Origin: a virus
Lineage: Duplodnaviria > Caudoviricetes
Virus record (IMG/VR): IMGVR_UViG_3300018080_000022
Location: 1-57,047 of that record
Strand: one strand, 5' to 3'
DNA length: 57,047 bases
Made by a program: the position numbers and the translations under genes. Of this stretch, positions 43,281 through 52,873 are shown piece by piece; positions within the stretch are counted from its first letter, which is position 1, and every line of letters begins with the position of its first letter. A model generated the notes under the pieces. It did not search any database. It saw only the letters and a program-made list of their open reading frames with translations, and had not been told where the DNA came from.

Positions 43281-43825
43281 ATTACCCCCGTTTGTATGTT
43301 AAGCCCGAAGATATCGAGAGTTTCGGTGAGCGTATGCGCAAGCTCGATTTCCCTCGGGGCGTCGATGTCGGAAATTACAAGCGTCTTCGCGTATTCAATC
43401 ATGTACCCGGTATAATCCATGTGCTCATATGGCCAGTAGGTTCCGGCCAGCAGCACGGCGTTGATAAGCTCTATTTCGCGCTTCTTGTCGAGGAAGACCC
43501 CCGCGTTCACGCTGGCGATGACGTACTTGTCGGCCTTGCCCATCGAAAACAGGGGCATGTGCTCTTCCCTGCGGGCCTTGAAGCCGAAGACGCGAGCGAG
43601 CCTCACTAAAGTTTTCATATGCTCGTATTGTTCCGGGAGCTTCTTGAGAATCTTGTTTTCCCTGATATCGAGCCGGTTCGTGGATGCGCCGCCCTCGATG
43701 TGGACGTACATGCTCATTGGCCCGGTCGGCATACCATTAGCCTTCTTGGCCATGTTGCTCCAATCGACCATGACCCTGAACTTCTGGACTTCGAGGTCTG
43801 TGTCGGCCCTAAGAATCAGTTTCAT
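43259..43825 (-). CDS. Hypothetical protein
   Basis: Fits the operon. Confidence 0.55.
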   Translation of the reverse strand: MKLILRADTDLEVQKFRVMVDWSNMAKKANGMPTGPMSMYVHIEGGASTNRLDIRENKILKKLPEQYEHMKTLVRLARVFGFKARREEHMPLFSMGKADKYVIASVNAGVFLDKKREIELINAVLLAGTYWPYEHMDYTGYMIEYAKTLVISDIDAPREIELAHTLTETLDIFGLNIQTGVICPSMDT

Positions 43826-44138
43826 CTTCGACTCCCCATATCCCCGATATGTTTTCGTCCCTGTATTTAGGGTCTTTCTCGCTGCACCTGTCAGACCATT
43901 CGTTTGACGGGTGGCCCTCTATGATATCTTCGACGGCCTGCCCTTTATGGAGGCAGCCGTTACATAGCGCGCGGTAGAGCTCGCCCTTGTATTCGCTCTG
44001 CACGATACGTTTTATTTCTATCGTCACCGAGTGCTTGTCGCAGAACACGCCGCCGCAGATTGCGCAGGTCACGACCTGGTTACCGCTTTTACAGATATCG
44101 CAGTAGGCGACGTGAATCACTTCGTTTATTATGGGCAT
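43809..44138 (-). CDS. Zinc-finger protein
   Basis: CDIC, CAIC, C..H, CNGC. Confidence 0.6.
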   Translation of the reverse strand: MPIINEVIHVAYCDICKSGNQVVTCAICGGVFCDKHSVTIEIKRIVQSEYKGELYRALCNGCLHKGQAVEDIIEGHPSNEWSDRCSEKDPKYRDENISGIWGVEDETDS

Positions 44139-44139
44139 C

Positions 44140-44766
44140 TTATTTTCCTTTCCGCCGAGAGACCTTCTTCTTTTTCGAAACAACCAGGTTCACTTTGGCC
44201 CTTGTGAGTTCGGCGAGTTTTTCGCCGAGCTTCGGCGTTCTGGCTTTCTCGAACATTTTGAATAGGAGCTCGTTGAGTTCTTCCTTGAGCTCGCCGATTC
44301 GCTTGCATCCGAGCCACGCTTCGGGGCTGTAGGGAATGTAGATGGTGTCTTTTCTCGGATAATTGTAGCGCCGCCTGTTGCTTACATCGCCAATCTCTTC
44401 TTCGAGGTCTTCGGGGTCGGTGCTGCGGTCATTGCCTTTGAATTCCCTAAAAAGATAGGTGCCGTCAGGGAGTTTGCAGCGGAAATGACGCTCGAATGTG
44501 AAGCTGTACTTGTCGTTTTCGAAGTTGTATCTTCTTATCTCCGCGCCTATCACGCCTTCCCATTCGCGGTCTTTGCTGATTTCCTTGAGGCGTTCGAGCA
44601 CCTTCGCCTTGAGCTCGTCGAGGTTCTTGCCCGAGAAATCCTTTCCATGAATCATCGCCATAAACGTGCCGGTCGCTTTCTCAAGCTTGATAGGATACTT
44701 GCTCTTCTCGAACTCGATTTCATCGACCTTGACTACGCCGCGCTGTCTTCGCGTTCCGAAGTCCAT
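44140..44766 (-). CDS. Hypothetical protein
   Basis: AAGGAG RBS. Confidence 0.6.
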   Translation of the reverse strand: MDFGTRRQRGVVKVDEIEFEKSKYPIKLEKATGTFMAMIHGKDFSGKNLDELKAKVLERLKEISKDREWEGVIGAEIRRYNFENDKYSFTFERHFRCKLPDGTYLFREFKGNDRSTDPEDLEEEIGDVSNRRRYNYPRKDTIYIPYSPEAWLGCKRIGELKEELNELLFKMFEKARTPKLGEKLAELTRAKVNLVVSKKKKVSRRKGK

Positions 44767-45413
44767 TTTTTCTCCTTTCCTAATCCCATTTTCATAAGCC
44801 TCGTTATCTGATGAACTATCTTTTTCTCCCTGCCACAACGCCAGGTGTTTACATGTACTATCTTCTTGGTGACCCAATTCAAACTATGTATGTCGGGCAG
44901 GTTAAGTATTGCATGGCCGAGTTCCGAGTCGGGCTCGATATCTTCTTCGAAGTAGCAGAGCATGTCGCCCGTTCCGCATGTTTCCCATTCGAAGCCATTC
45001 TTTTTGGTTTCTCGGTCGCGAGTGAGTTTTATCATCCGGCAAAGCGTGTATATCATAACCGCGCTGAGCGCGAGCAGGTGCGCAAACATAAATATAATTA
45101 CAATTGTAAGCTCGTTATTGCTCATTCTTCCTCCGTACCGTGCTCAGCTTCATCTTCTTCCCGCAGGCGTTACACTCGACTATCCGGCAATCCCTGATAA
45201 CTGCATTAAAGTCGCTGTCCTTCCACTTTCCGTTCGGGTCGTAATGCTCCTCGTACAGGTGCAGCGAAGTCCCCGTATACCCGTCGAGCGCGCCGCAATG
45301 CGGACAACCGTCGGACTGCTCGCAACCGTGAATCCTTCTAATATGCCCCATCATCTTCTTCCGGTACTCGGGGTTTTTCCAGCGCTCCTTCATTCTCTCG
45401 CTGTGCCGCTTGC

Positions 45414-45758
45414 TCATTTCTTCTTTTTTGCCTTTTCTTCTCTTTTCTTCTTGCTGTCGAGGTCGAACCATCCCGTGCCATAACAGGATGGGCACGGCTC
45501 CGCGGAGTCGGGCCTGAAGCCGCTGCCCTTGCACGCCGGGCACTTCACGCGCGGACTGTCCGCTACCCCGCTCATCACGAGCTCGCTTGCCGCCATCAGG
45601 CGCGTATGCTTGTCCACGAGAACATGCCTGCGCCCGCAGTTAGTGCACTCAAGCACGGCCCTTTCGAGGCCCACTATAAAGTTGAACGAACTACTCGTGC
45701 AGCCCGGTTCCTCGCAATACTGTCTCGCAAGGCCGTCTTTTCCAATCACGCCTATCAT
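45414..45758 (-). CDS. Zinc-finger protein with DnaJ-type CxxCxGxG repeats
   Basis: CPACKGSG and CPSCYGTG. Confidence 0.65.
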   Translation of the reverse strand: MIGVIGKDGLARQYCEEPGCTSSSFNFIVGLERAVLECTNCGRRHVLVDKHTRLMAASELVMSGVADSPRVKCPACKGSGFRPDSAEPCPSCYGTGWFDLDSKKKREEKAKKKK

Positions 45759-46057
45759 TCCCCCTCCGTTTTCTCGGGCTCAACCATCTTGAAAAATCCC
45801 AACTCTACTGCGGCATCTACGATTTTCCGGACATTCTTCGGCCTCGTGTTGTTGGCCTGTCTCGCCACAGCCTCCTTGTAGCAGGCGTTGCAGATGTCGA
45901 ACTCGCCGTCCTCGTCCGGCGCAAGCTCAAGGCCGGTCTCGTCGAGGTTGTCGTCGCCGTCGTAGCGTTCGACGACAAAGCTTATCCCCCAATACGAATC
46001 GAGCTTGCCGTTCCGGCGAATCTTCTTGCCGCAGCAATCGCATTTAATCGTTATCAT
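45755..46057 (-). CDS. Small CDxC...ICxxC zinc-finger protein
   Basis: IKCDCCGK...DICNAC. Confidence 0.6.
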   Translation of the reverse strand: MITIKCDCCGKKIRRNGKLDSYWGISFVVERYDGDDNLDETGLELAPDEDGEFDICNACYKEAVARQANNTRPKNVRKIVDAAVELGFFKMVEPEKTEGE

Positions 46058-46069
46058 GTTACCCCTCCA

Positions 46070-46175
46070 CGTTGCCTTTGGCAACGGCGTCGCCAGCCGG
46101 GCGGTTTTTACCGCCTGCCCCCGCCAGTCTTTTCTGCGCAGCAGAAACGACGAGAGGGTTCACGGCGAGAGACAT
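46070..46175 (-). ncRNA. Nested double copy of the structured motif
   Basis: ATGTCTCTCGCCG...CCCTCTCGTC...GACTGGCGGGG...CGGCTGGCGACGC. Confidence 0.6.
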
Positions 46176-46855
46176 TAGTCTACCGGGTTAATCCCCGGCG
46201 CGAAATGGCAGTCGAGTTTGCGCTCGAATGTCTTCATAGCTATATCGAGCATCGCGGCGTCGCGGCCCCCGAGCTTATCTTCGTCGATATTATAGGCTAT
46301 GTATTCGAAGATGGTCTTGACTTCGTTTATGCACTTCCAGAATTCCTTGTACTTGTTGAGCACATTCGCAACTATAGTGGCGGGGTCATTGCTCAGGTTG
46401 TCGGTCGCGGTTTCGTTCAAGCCGAAGAACTTGCCGACCTTCTCGCGGGCGTTTTTGATGTCCTGGATGCGGAAGGTGGCGGCAAGTACGAAGAGCGAAC
46501 CGGCGCTGTATACGTCGTCGCCCTGGTATCCGAGGTAGTGCCTTGCGCCCCTGCGCACATCCTCGATTTCGGTTTTAAGATTTTTAATGACGATATTGGC
46601 GAGTTTGAGCGCGTCGGCGAGGTTCCTTTTCGTGGCTTTTTTGCCCGCCTCGATGGGCTCCGCCTTTGTCGCCATGAGAACCTTTAGGCTGAACTCTTCC
46701 TTGGAATTCTCGGGCACAACCCCGAGCTCCTTCCGAAGCGCCATCGCCACGGGCCGGATAAGCTGACTGTTGTCTTCCATCTCGGTTATCTTGGCCGCCA
46801 TGTTCTCGATAACCTTCATACACTCTTCTACGGTCGGTTTTTTCTCTTTGGTCAT
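46175..46855 (-). CDS. Hypothetical helical protein
   Basis: Long ORF in the operon. Confidence 0.6.
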   Translation of the reverse strand: MTKEKKPTVEECMKVIENMAAKITEMEDNSQLIRPVAMALRKELGVVPENSKEEFSLKVLMATKAEPIEAGKKATKRNLADALKLANIVIKNLKTEIEDVRRGARHYLGYQGDDVYSAGSLFVLAATFRIQDIKNAREKVGKFFGLNETATDNLSNDPATIVANVLNKYKEFWKCINEVKTIFEYIAYNIDEDKLGGRDAAMLDIAMKTFERKLDCHFAPGINPVD

Positions 46856-46859
46856 GATT

Positions 46860-47735
46860 TTACCCTTTACTTCTTTGCCATTGAGTTCCGTTAGTAACCT
46901 CTCTCCATTCGGAGACTTCGCTTCTGAAATCTCTCACCAGGGCGAAGTACCTTCCCGGCAACAATTTCGGGGGAACCGGCTTGCCGATAGAGATGAAGTT
47001 TTCGGCCTCCCTGATTTCATTTCTGATTATCCTTGTCATCAGCGGGTCGTCGCTCTCAAGCTCTTCCCAATTACCGGCAGGGTTGAGAATGAATATAGGC
47101 TTGGGGACTTTGACCGCCATCCCGGTAACCTGGAATTGAAGGCTGAGGCTTTCGTCCTTTTCAAGCGTTCCGTCCATCTTGAATTGTACCGGCAATTGCA
47201 TGTTCTCCGGGCCGATGGGGCCGATGGCGCGGATATGATTCTTAATCGCCTCGCTGAGAGCTTCCATGGAGTCTTCGGGGCAGTCCCTTTCCTCCACCGG
47301 CATTTTCAAAGGTTCGAGATGGCCCCGTGCCCTGATTTCGTTCATCTCTTCGTATTTATCCGGGTCAACGAACTCGCAGGTGCCATCCACCCTCGGGGTC
47401 ACCGGCTGGAGATGAAGGAGCTCCCTGAACCTGTTGATGTCCTTAAACGAGAACTCGAACTTCGCCATGCTTAGCATGCGGAAGACGGCTTCAACGAAGT
47501 CTTCCGCACAAACAACGTAGTGTGCGTCTTTTTCGAGGCTATATGCCCTTAACTTTTCTCCCTTAAAAACCGACTCGAAGCTAAGTCCGTTTTCGCTTAC
47601 GCTGAACTTCCGCTTGCTTGCGGGGGTCATGAATCCTGGGGGCATAGAACAACTCCTTTCATTTCTTTTTCTTGGTCTCCATAAGCATTCGAATAAGCTC
47701 GTCGAGCGTAATCCTTTCCTTGTACTTCGAGGCAT
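46860..47735 (-). CDS. Hypothetical protein (start uncertain)
   Basis: Long ORF; AGGAG before the internal MPPGF start. Confidence 0.55.
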   Translation of the reverse strand: MPRSTRKGLRSTSLFECLWRPRKRNERSCSMPPGFMTPASKRKFSVSENGLSFESVFKGEKLRAYSLEKDAHYVVCAEDFVEAVFRMLSMAKFEFSFKDINRFRELLHLQPVTPRVDGTCEFVDPDKYEEMNEIRARGHLEPLKMPVEERDCPEDSMEALSEAIKNHIRAIGPIGPENMQLPVQFKMDGTLEKDESLSLQFQVTGMAVKVPKPIFILNPAGNWEELESDDPLMTRIIRNEIREAENFISIGKPVPPKLLPGRYFALVRDFRSEVSEWREVTNGTQWQRSKG

Positions 47736-47798
47736 AGGTAGCTTTCATTCTTACAAGCTTAACCCAGGTCTTTTCTTTTACCTTGATGCTCTTGTATT

Positions 47799-48068
47799 TC
47801 ATTGCCCTATAAACTCCAGTTGCATTATACAGTAGCCGTCCGGGAGCCCAAAGGCTGGCGGCGCGTTTTCGAGAATAAATATCACTTTAGCGATGAGAAC
47901 GTCGCCGGTGTACTTGCCGGTGTTTCGCTTCCCCGGTATGTACTCGTAGAGCTTCAACCTATCGCCGACTTGAAAGCCTCTGTCGTTCTTCCGGTACTCG
48001 AAGCTCTTCTTGCCTTCGACCATCGCCCTGAAGGCGCTTGGCCACGTTTTTAGTTCATGAACGGTCAT
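47799..48068 (-). CDS. DUF3850/ASCH-like protein
   Basis: HELK.WP..F.A...G.K.FE.R.NDR.FQVGD.L.L.EY....YTG. Confidence 0.85.
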   Translation of the reverse strand: MTVHELKTWPSAFRAMVEGKKSFEYRKNDRGFQVGDRLKLYEYIPGKRNTGKYTGDVLIAKVIFILENAPPAFGLPDGYCIMQLEFIGQ

Positions 48069-48663
48069 TTATTCTCCGTGCTTAATACGGTCGAGCTCGC
48101 CGCAATCCTTTAAGTACTTCTCGATGTGGTTCATGGTATTCGCGGGGCCGCGAAGCCATCCGACGCGCGCCTTGCCTTCTTTCTGAAAGTCTTCCGAAGC
48201 GCTACACCATATCAGCCCGTCGTAAGCTTCCATGAGCAGGTCGTAGAGCCTGCGGCAATCGCATTTGCTACAGACTTCGCGGTTAATCAGGCTCCGGCCC
48301 GGCAGGGCCATGAAAGCAATCCCGCACGCGGGACAGCGGGCATGGTCGCGGTTCCTACACTCGCGCCAAACGAGCGCGACGATGACGAAGAATAACGCCA
48401 CTACGATTGAGAGCGATATAATTACCTCGGTCATGACTACTTCCCTTCGTACCATTCACCGATTATCTGAACATCTTTCAGCCCGGTCACCGACTCGATT
48501 GCTATGCCGTCTACGCCCTCGCTCGCTTGTAAACGACAGCAAGTCCCGCGAAAAGCTATTTTAGGCTCGTCGCAGATAAAATCTCTTATGTTATTTTTGT
48601 GGTCTACATATCTCACGAACACGGCGCGCTTGCCCGTTATAAATCTCTCGATATCCGCCTTGG

Positions 48664-48888
48664 TCATTTCTTCCTCCCGTAATTTTTTGTGCTAATCGGG
48701 CCGCCTGCATCTCTGTAGGCTTCGCCGCGGACTATGTGGCTTATCGTCGTATACCAGACGCCGTAGCGTTTTGCGAGTTTGCCCATCTTCCACTTTCCGG
48801 TCGCGTAGAGCTCGCGGATACGCTTCGCCTTCTCGGGACTCAGCTTTCCTTGTACTCCGGTCTTATTGGACATTACGATTTTCTCCAT
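48664..48888 (-). CDS. Small HTH DNA-binding protein
   Basis: KL......IR.LY.......LA.RYGV...TIS.IV.G..Y. Confidence 0.7.
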   Translation of the reverse strand: MEKIVMSNKTGVQGKLSPEKAKRIRELYATGKWKMGKLAKRYGVWYTTISHIVRGEAYRDAGGPISTKNYGRKK

Positions 48889-48980
48889 GTTGCCTCTGGC
48901 AACGGCGCTGTATCACGCTCATCTCGCTCCACATCTTGTTGAACTCGGCGTCCTTGCGCCTGCGCTCGTCGATTCGCCGC

Positions 48981-49580
48981 TTATTCTCGGCTATCTTCTT
49001 TTCGAGCCGCCGCTTCATCCCTCTTTTCTCTTTCGAGCTCATCGCATGCTCCACAAGCAAGGCATTCGCGCAATCTCTCCCGTCTCTCTACTTCTTCTCT
49101 TGCCAGCGCCGCATCATCGATAAATTCGACCACAAGCCCCTTCGGGGGCCGCTTTCTTCTCTTCGCCTGGCAACTCTGTATCTTCAAGTGCCTGAAATAT
49201 TTTCTCCAGAACTCGGCGCGGATACGCTTGAATGTCTTTTTGACGGCGGCTCCGGTTGAAGCTTCTTCCGGTGTTACATAAATAAGATACGGAAGTTTCA
49301 CGAGCGCCTTGGCAAGCGCGATGCGGCGGCCTTTTTCCTTGTCGAAGTTGTCCCTCGGGTTGCAAACCGCATCGCCGCCTACCGCCAGAGGAGTTTCGAA
49401 GTCCTGCGGTTCGACGCTCAGAATCGCGGTAACGGTTCTGCGCCTGTCTATCGCGTTGGAAGGTGGAACATCGGAAGCTATGAAAGAATACTTTACTTTT
49501 TTACACCCTTCCTTGACGGCCCAGGCATAACCGTACCTGAACTTAACCTTTATCTTCCGGCCTTTGACGAGCAGTATCAT
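48981..49580 (-). CDS. Conserved phage protein (gp49/66-like motif)
   Basis: G.AVCNP.DNFDKEKGRRIAL.KAL. Confidence 0.55.
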   Translation of the reverse strand: MILLVKGRKIKVKFRYGYAWAVKEGCKKVKYSFIASDVPPSNAIDRRRTVTAILSVEPQDFETPLAVGGDAVCNPRDNFDKEKGRRIALAKALVKLPYLIYVTPEEASTGAAVKKTFKRIRAEFWRKYFRHLKIQSCQAKRRKRPPKGLVVEFIDDAALAREEVERRERLRECLACGACDELEREKRDEAAARKEDSRE

Positions 49581-49662
49581 TCTTCCTCCAAAAAGGATGG
49601 GGCTTGGCTATCCGCAATACAACCATGCTCACGCGCAGAAACACACAAAGCGAAGTCTCGGC

Positions 49663-49998
49663 TCATACCCCACCCTTACATTCACATCCTTTGGCCTTGA
49701 GTATCGCCATCTGCTCTGCTATTGTATTCACGAAGATATCCTGGACGGCGCTTCCCGTTGCGCGCCTGCGGTCGAGAGGGCTGTTATGGTTGTAGCCTCG
49801 GCGCTGCATCTCCTTCACGAGCTCTTCGTGTCGGTTGTAGAGCGCCTTGAGCTTGCCGCGCCAGCGCAAGGTCTCGGGATGAAGCGAATAGCCCGCCTTG
49901 CCGTTTACGAGGACGCTCCATATCGCGTGAAGCTCCCGGTGCTCTCCGAGGAGATGCTGTCGGCAAAGTATTTGCGGCTCTAAATCCCAAATTCTCAT
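49663..49998 (-). CDS. Pyrimidine-dimer DNA glycosylase (T4 endonuclease V/DenV-like)
   Basis: MRIWD.....LCRQHLLGEHRELH...HPE..RW...EM.RRGY.H.SP. Confidence 0.88.
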   Translation of the reverse strand: MRIWDLEPQILCRQHLLGEHRELHAIWSVLVNGKAGYSLHPETLRWRGKLKALYNRHEELVKEMQRRGYNHNSPLDRRRATGSAVQDIFVNTIAEQMAILKAKGCECKGGV

Positions 49999-50247
49999 GT
50001 CCGCCTTCCTTTTGCAATCTTCAGCCCCGGGCACCCGTCCTTGCCGCCGCGGCGTTTGCCCGCACGGAACGGGCCTCTCCAGCCGCCCGGAGCCTTGCGG
50101 TGCTGTCTGCCGCAGGCGCAGGTTATTATCGGCGGGTTGTCGTCAACCGACTGCCCCAAGCCTATCACTCTTCCGCACGCGCATTTCGTTCGAACGGCGT
50201 TGCTCGGATGGCAAAAACCTATTGATTCGGAGAAATCCATCGTTTCC

Positions 50248-50553
50248 TTAGCTTTTTTCATTCACGACTACCTCGTAGAAGTCGGGGTTGAGCCGGATGC
50301 CGCGCGAGGCGTCCTTGTCCTTCTTGAGATATTTCTTGCCCACGAGCTTGTCGATTACCTGCGCGGCGTAGGTATGGTGCCACTTCAGCTTTGCGGCGAT
50401 TTCGCGGAGCGTCGGCGGGCGGTGTACCTTGCTAATATTCATTATGATGAGGTCTACCACCTTGCGTTCGGTCGGGTCGAGCACTTCGAGCGCCTTCCGC
50501 CGCTTCGCCTTGGTGTTCCGGATATGCTTACGCATCCCCTTGCTTTTCTTCAA
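50248..50553 (-). CDS. LexA-type winged-helix DNA-binding protein (no peptidase domain)
   Basis: PPTLREIA.......A...I.KL..K.YL......RGI. Confidence 0.8.
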   Translation of the reverse strand: MKKSKGMRKHIRNTKAKRRKALEVLDPTERKVVDLIIMNISKVHRPPTLREIAAKLKWHHTYAAQVIDKLVGKKYLKKDKDASRGIRLNPDFYEVVVNEKS

Positions 50554-50848
50554 GTTCGTCTCCTTTGATTTTTTTATCTTCTATAATACCCAGGGCGAGT
50601 AATACTTTTATCAAGGCTTCAGGAGTGGGAACATTAGCCGACTTTGCAAACTGTATCCCGTGATTAGCCCTGTATACGCAGTCCTGGCATATGTCCAAGT
50701 GTGTATCGCGGGTATCCGGATATTTGTTTTCGTAATTGCAAGCCGTTCCTTTTAATTTAATTGACCAGAAACGGCTTTTTGGTGCTAACGGCTCTTCGCC
50801 GAGGTCGCTACCGCAGATGTCACAATAGCGTATTTGTTTTACAGTCAT
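50528..50848 (-). CDS. Small CDxC...ICxxC zinc-finger protein
   Basis: YCDICG...LDICQDC. Confidence 0.6.
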   Translation of the reverse strand: MTVKQIRYCDICGSDLGEEPLAPKSRFWSIKLKGTACNYENKYPDTRDTHLDICQDCVYRANHGIQFAKSANVPTPEALIKVLLALGIIEDKKIKGDELEEKQGDA

Positions 50849-50872
50849 GTCTCGCCTCTTTTCTTCGCTATT

Positions 50873-50966
50873 AAGTTGCCTTGGATTGGAAGAATCGAAC
50901 TTCCGCAGCTACCCCGAGCTTCTTACGGGACTCGAACCCGCGCGCGTCCTGCACCCAAAGCAACTT
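50873..50966 (-). ncRNA. tRNA-like RNA with two T-arms
   Basis: Closing stem GTTGCTTTGGGT/ATCCAAGGCAAC around CGGG-TTCGAGT-CCCG and GGAAG-TTCGATT-CTTCC. Confidence 0.6.
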
Positions 50967-50971
50967 TTTTG

Positions 50972-51243
50972 AAAAAGGAACGGGAGGCTCCGCTACCTGG
51001 CTACAATCCGCGAATGCCCTACGAGCAATATTAGACGCGGCGGTATCTGTTTTTCACCAGAAGGTTTTCGGCTCTCGCACGGTCGCTCTCTCAGTTCTAC
51101 AGGAAAATCCTGGCGGTGACCCGATTCCGCTACGGAGTAGTATGACGCCACTACTGGCGGCTTGCGCTTACGCGAGTTCACGCAAACTGCGGTGCGTATC
51201 CGCTTGCCTCGGCCTCAGCCTTTCTTCTCGGCCATTCCCTTTT
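50972..51243 (-). ncRNA. Putative ~270-nt multi-branched structured RNA
   Basis: Ends pair (AAAAGGGAATGG/CCGTTCCTTTTT); several internal hairpins; lies in a ~500-bp gap in the gene run. Confidence 0.5.
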
Positions 51244-51694
51244 CAAAGAACTTTATTATTGGGGGAGCTTCAAGGTCTCTCTTCTTCGCTTAAGTGTTTC
51301 CTTGCGAGCTCCCCCACGAAAGCTGCTATAACAAGTTACATCGTTACTCTACACTTGTCCAGAACTTTTTTCAAAAATTCGCCGCATGCCTACTTTCTTG
51401 ACAATCTTCACATGGTGGCACTTGTCGCATTGCAATATATTCGCGTTGGCGCTCGCTGATATTATCCTGTACTTGTGCTTGCACATACCTTGAAGGCATT
51501 TCCCGCAGACGCGGGGCTTCCCTTTTTCCTTATAGAATTCCTTGCCGCAGAGACGGCACGTTGCGAACGCGAAGCTCAAATATAACCTCCAAACAGGGCT
51601 AAAAACACCCGAATGCGGCCCGGCTTCCTGCCCGAAAACGCTACATGTAGCTCCTTTTCGTGGAATCGGTCGAATCGGCAGTTTTCCAGCTACA

Positions 51695-52213
51695 TTACCC
51701 TTCGGGCTCTCCGGCGTTTTTCTCGATTTCGTCGAAGCGCTTGTCGATGAAGCTAAAGAATTCCTCGGACAGTTTTTGCAGGCCGATTTTCTGGATTTTC
51801 TGCACGCGCTCTTTTAGCCCGGCGAGCTTGCCGTCCGGTATGGTGTCCACGAGGTTGAGCAGGATGCGCTTGAAGTCCTGTTTTTCCTCGTCTTCGCCGC
51901 TCGGAAAAGACTGGCCGACAAACGGGTCGGTCTTCTTCTTGAACTTCCCCGTGAGAATCATAGCTCCGATAATGATTTCGTCGCCTTTGCGCTGAGCTTC
52001 CGGGGTATTTTTGATGCGCTCGATGCATTCCTCGCAGATAATCATCTCGCTGCCCGGCTCGACTAAAACGCCGTATCTCCGGTCGCCATGAAAGCTCGTG
52101 GTCGCGCTCGCACTCCAATAGGGTTTAGGCTCTTCCTCGGAGTCCCCGAGAAAGACATGCCCCTTTTGCCTGCTTACCACCTTGTCACAAAAATCACACT
52201 TGTACTCCAGCAT
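51695..52213 (-). CDS. CDxC...ICxxC zinc-finger protein
   Basis: YKCDFCDK...IICEEC; GGAGG RBS. Confidence 0.6.
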   Translation of the reverse strand: MLEYKCDFCDKVVSRQKGHVFLGDSEEEPKPYWSASATTSFHGDRRYGVLVEPGSEMIICEECIERIKNTPEAQRKGDEIIIGAMILTGKFKKKTDPFVGQSFPSGEDEEKQDFKRILLNLVDTIPDGKLAGLKERVQKIQKIGLQKLSEEFFSFIDKRFDEIEKNAGEPEG

Positions 52214-52235
52214 AGCTACCTCCCTAAAAAAGTTC

Positions 52236-52622
52236 TTACGACATCAACATTTTCAACATCTCGGTTCGGCTTTCCAGAAGCCCTTTAAGGTCTTCGGCGC
52301 ATTGTTCGCATATAGATATCGGGCTCAGCGAACCGGCATATACAAGCCAGCCCCGGTCTCCTCGCTTTCTCTCGGCATTGCAAAGATGGCAATTCTCCAG
52401 GCAAGTATTTTCCTGCGGCCTTCTCGTTATCTTTTTTTGGAGCTTTTCTATTATGTTGGTGTTGTTGAGCTTGATTTTTTTTGTGCAAGATTCGCATATA
52501 TCAAGCTTCGGCATCGCAAGCCCCCCGGCGTCGGGCGGATGCACGGTAAGCAATGAATACTTTTCTCCCCATTTGATTTCTTTCTCGCAGACATCGCATA
52601 TCACTCTTATTTCTTCAGCCAT
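52236..52622 (-). CDS. Double zinc-finger protein
   Basis: CDVC..DICESC and CHLC..SICEQC. Confidence 0.6.
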   Translation of the reverse strand: MAEEIRVICDVCEKEIKWGEKYSLLTVHPPDAGGLAMPKLDICESCTKKIKLNNTNIIEKLQKKITRRPQENTCLENCHLCNAERKRGDRGWLVYAGSLSPISICEQCAEDLKGLLESRTEMLKMLMS

Positions 52623-52624
52623 GT

Positions 52625-52864
52625 TTACCTTCCCAAAAAAGCCTTAATTGCCTCGATTGTGCCGGGCTCCTTTTGCTCTTCCGCAATCTTCAGCACACAC
52701 TTTCTCACCTGGTGAAGCTCTTCCTTGAGCTTCTTTACCTCGTCATAGTTGTGAGCCGCGATGATACAAGCCATGAACGCCATGACAAACGCGCCAATCG
52801 CAGCAATCCACAAGACCACCCTCGTCATGAACTTCTCTACTATCTTTTTCTCCGTTTTGTTCAT
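52625..52864 (-). CDS. Small membrane protein
   Basis: One TM plus a coiled coil. Confidence 0.55.
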   Translation of the reverse strand: MNKTEKKIVEKFMTRVVLWIAAIGAFVMAFMACIIAAHNYDEVKKLKEELHQVRKCVLKIAEEQKEPGTIEAIKAFLGR

Positions 52865-52873
52865 AGCATTCTC

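Noticed and set aside
50873-50966. Canonical tRNA gene
   Set aside because: Two T-arms, no proper D-arm/anticodon layout and no CCA end
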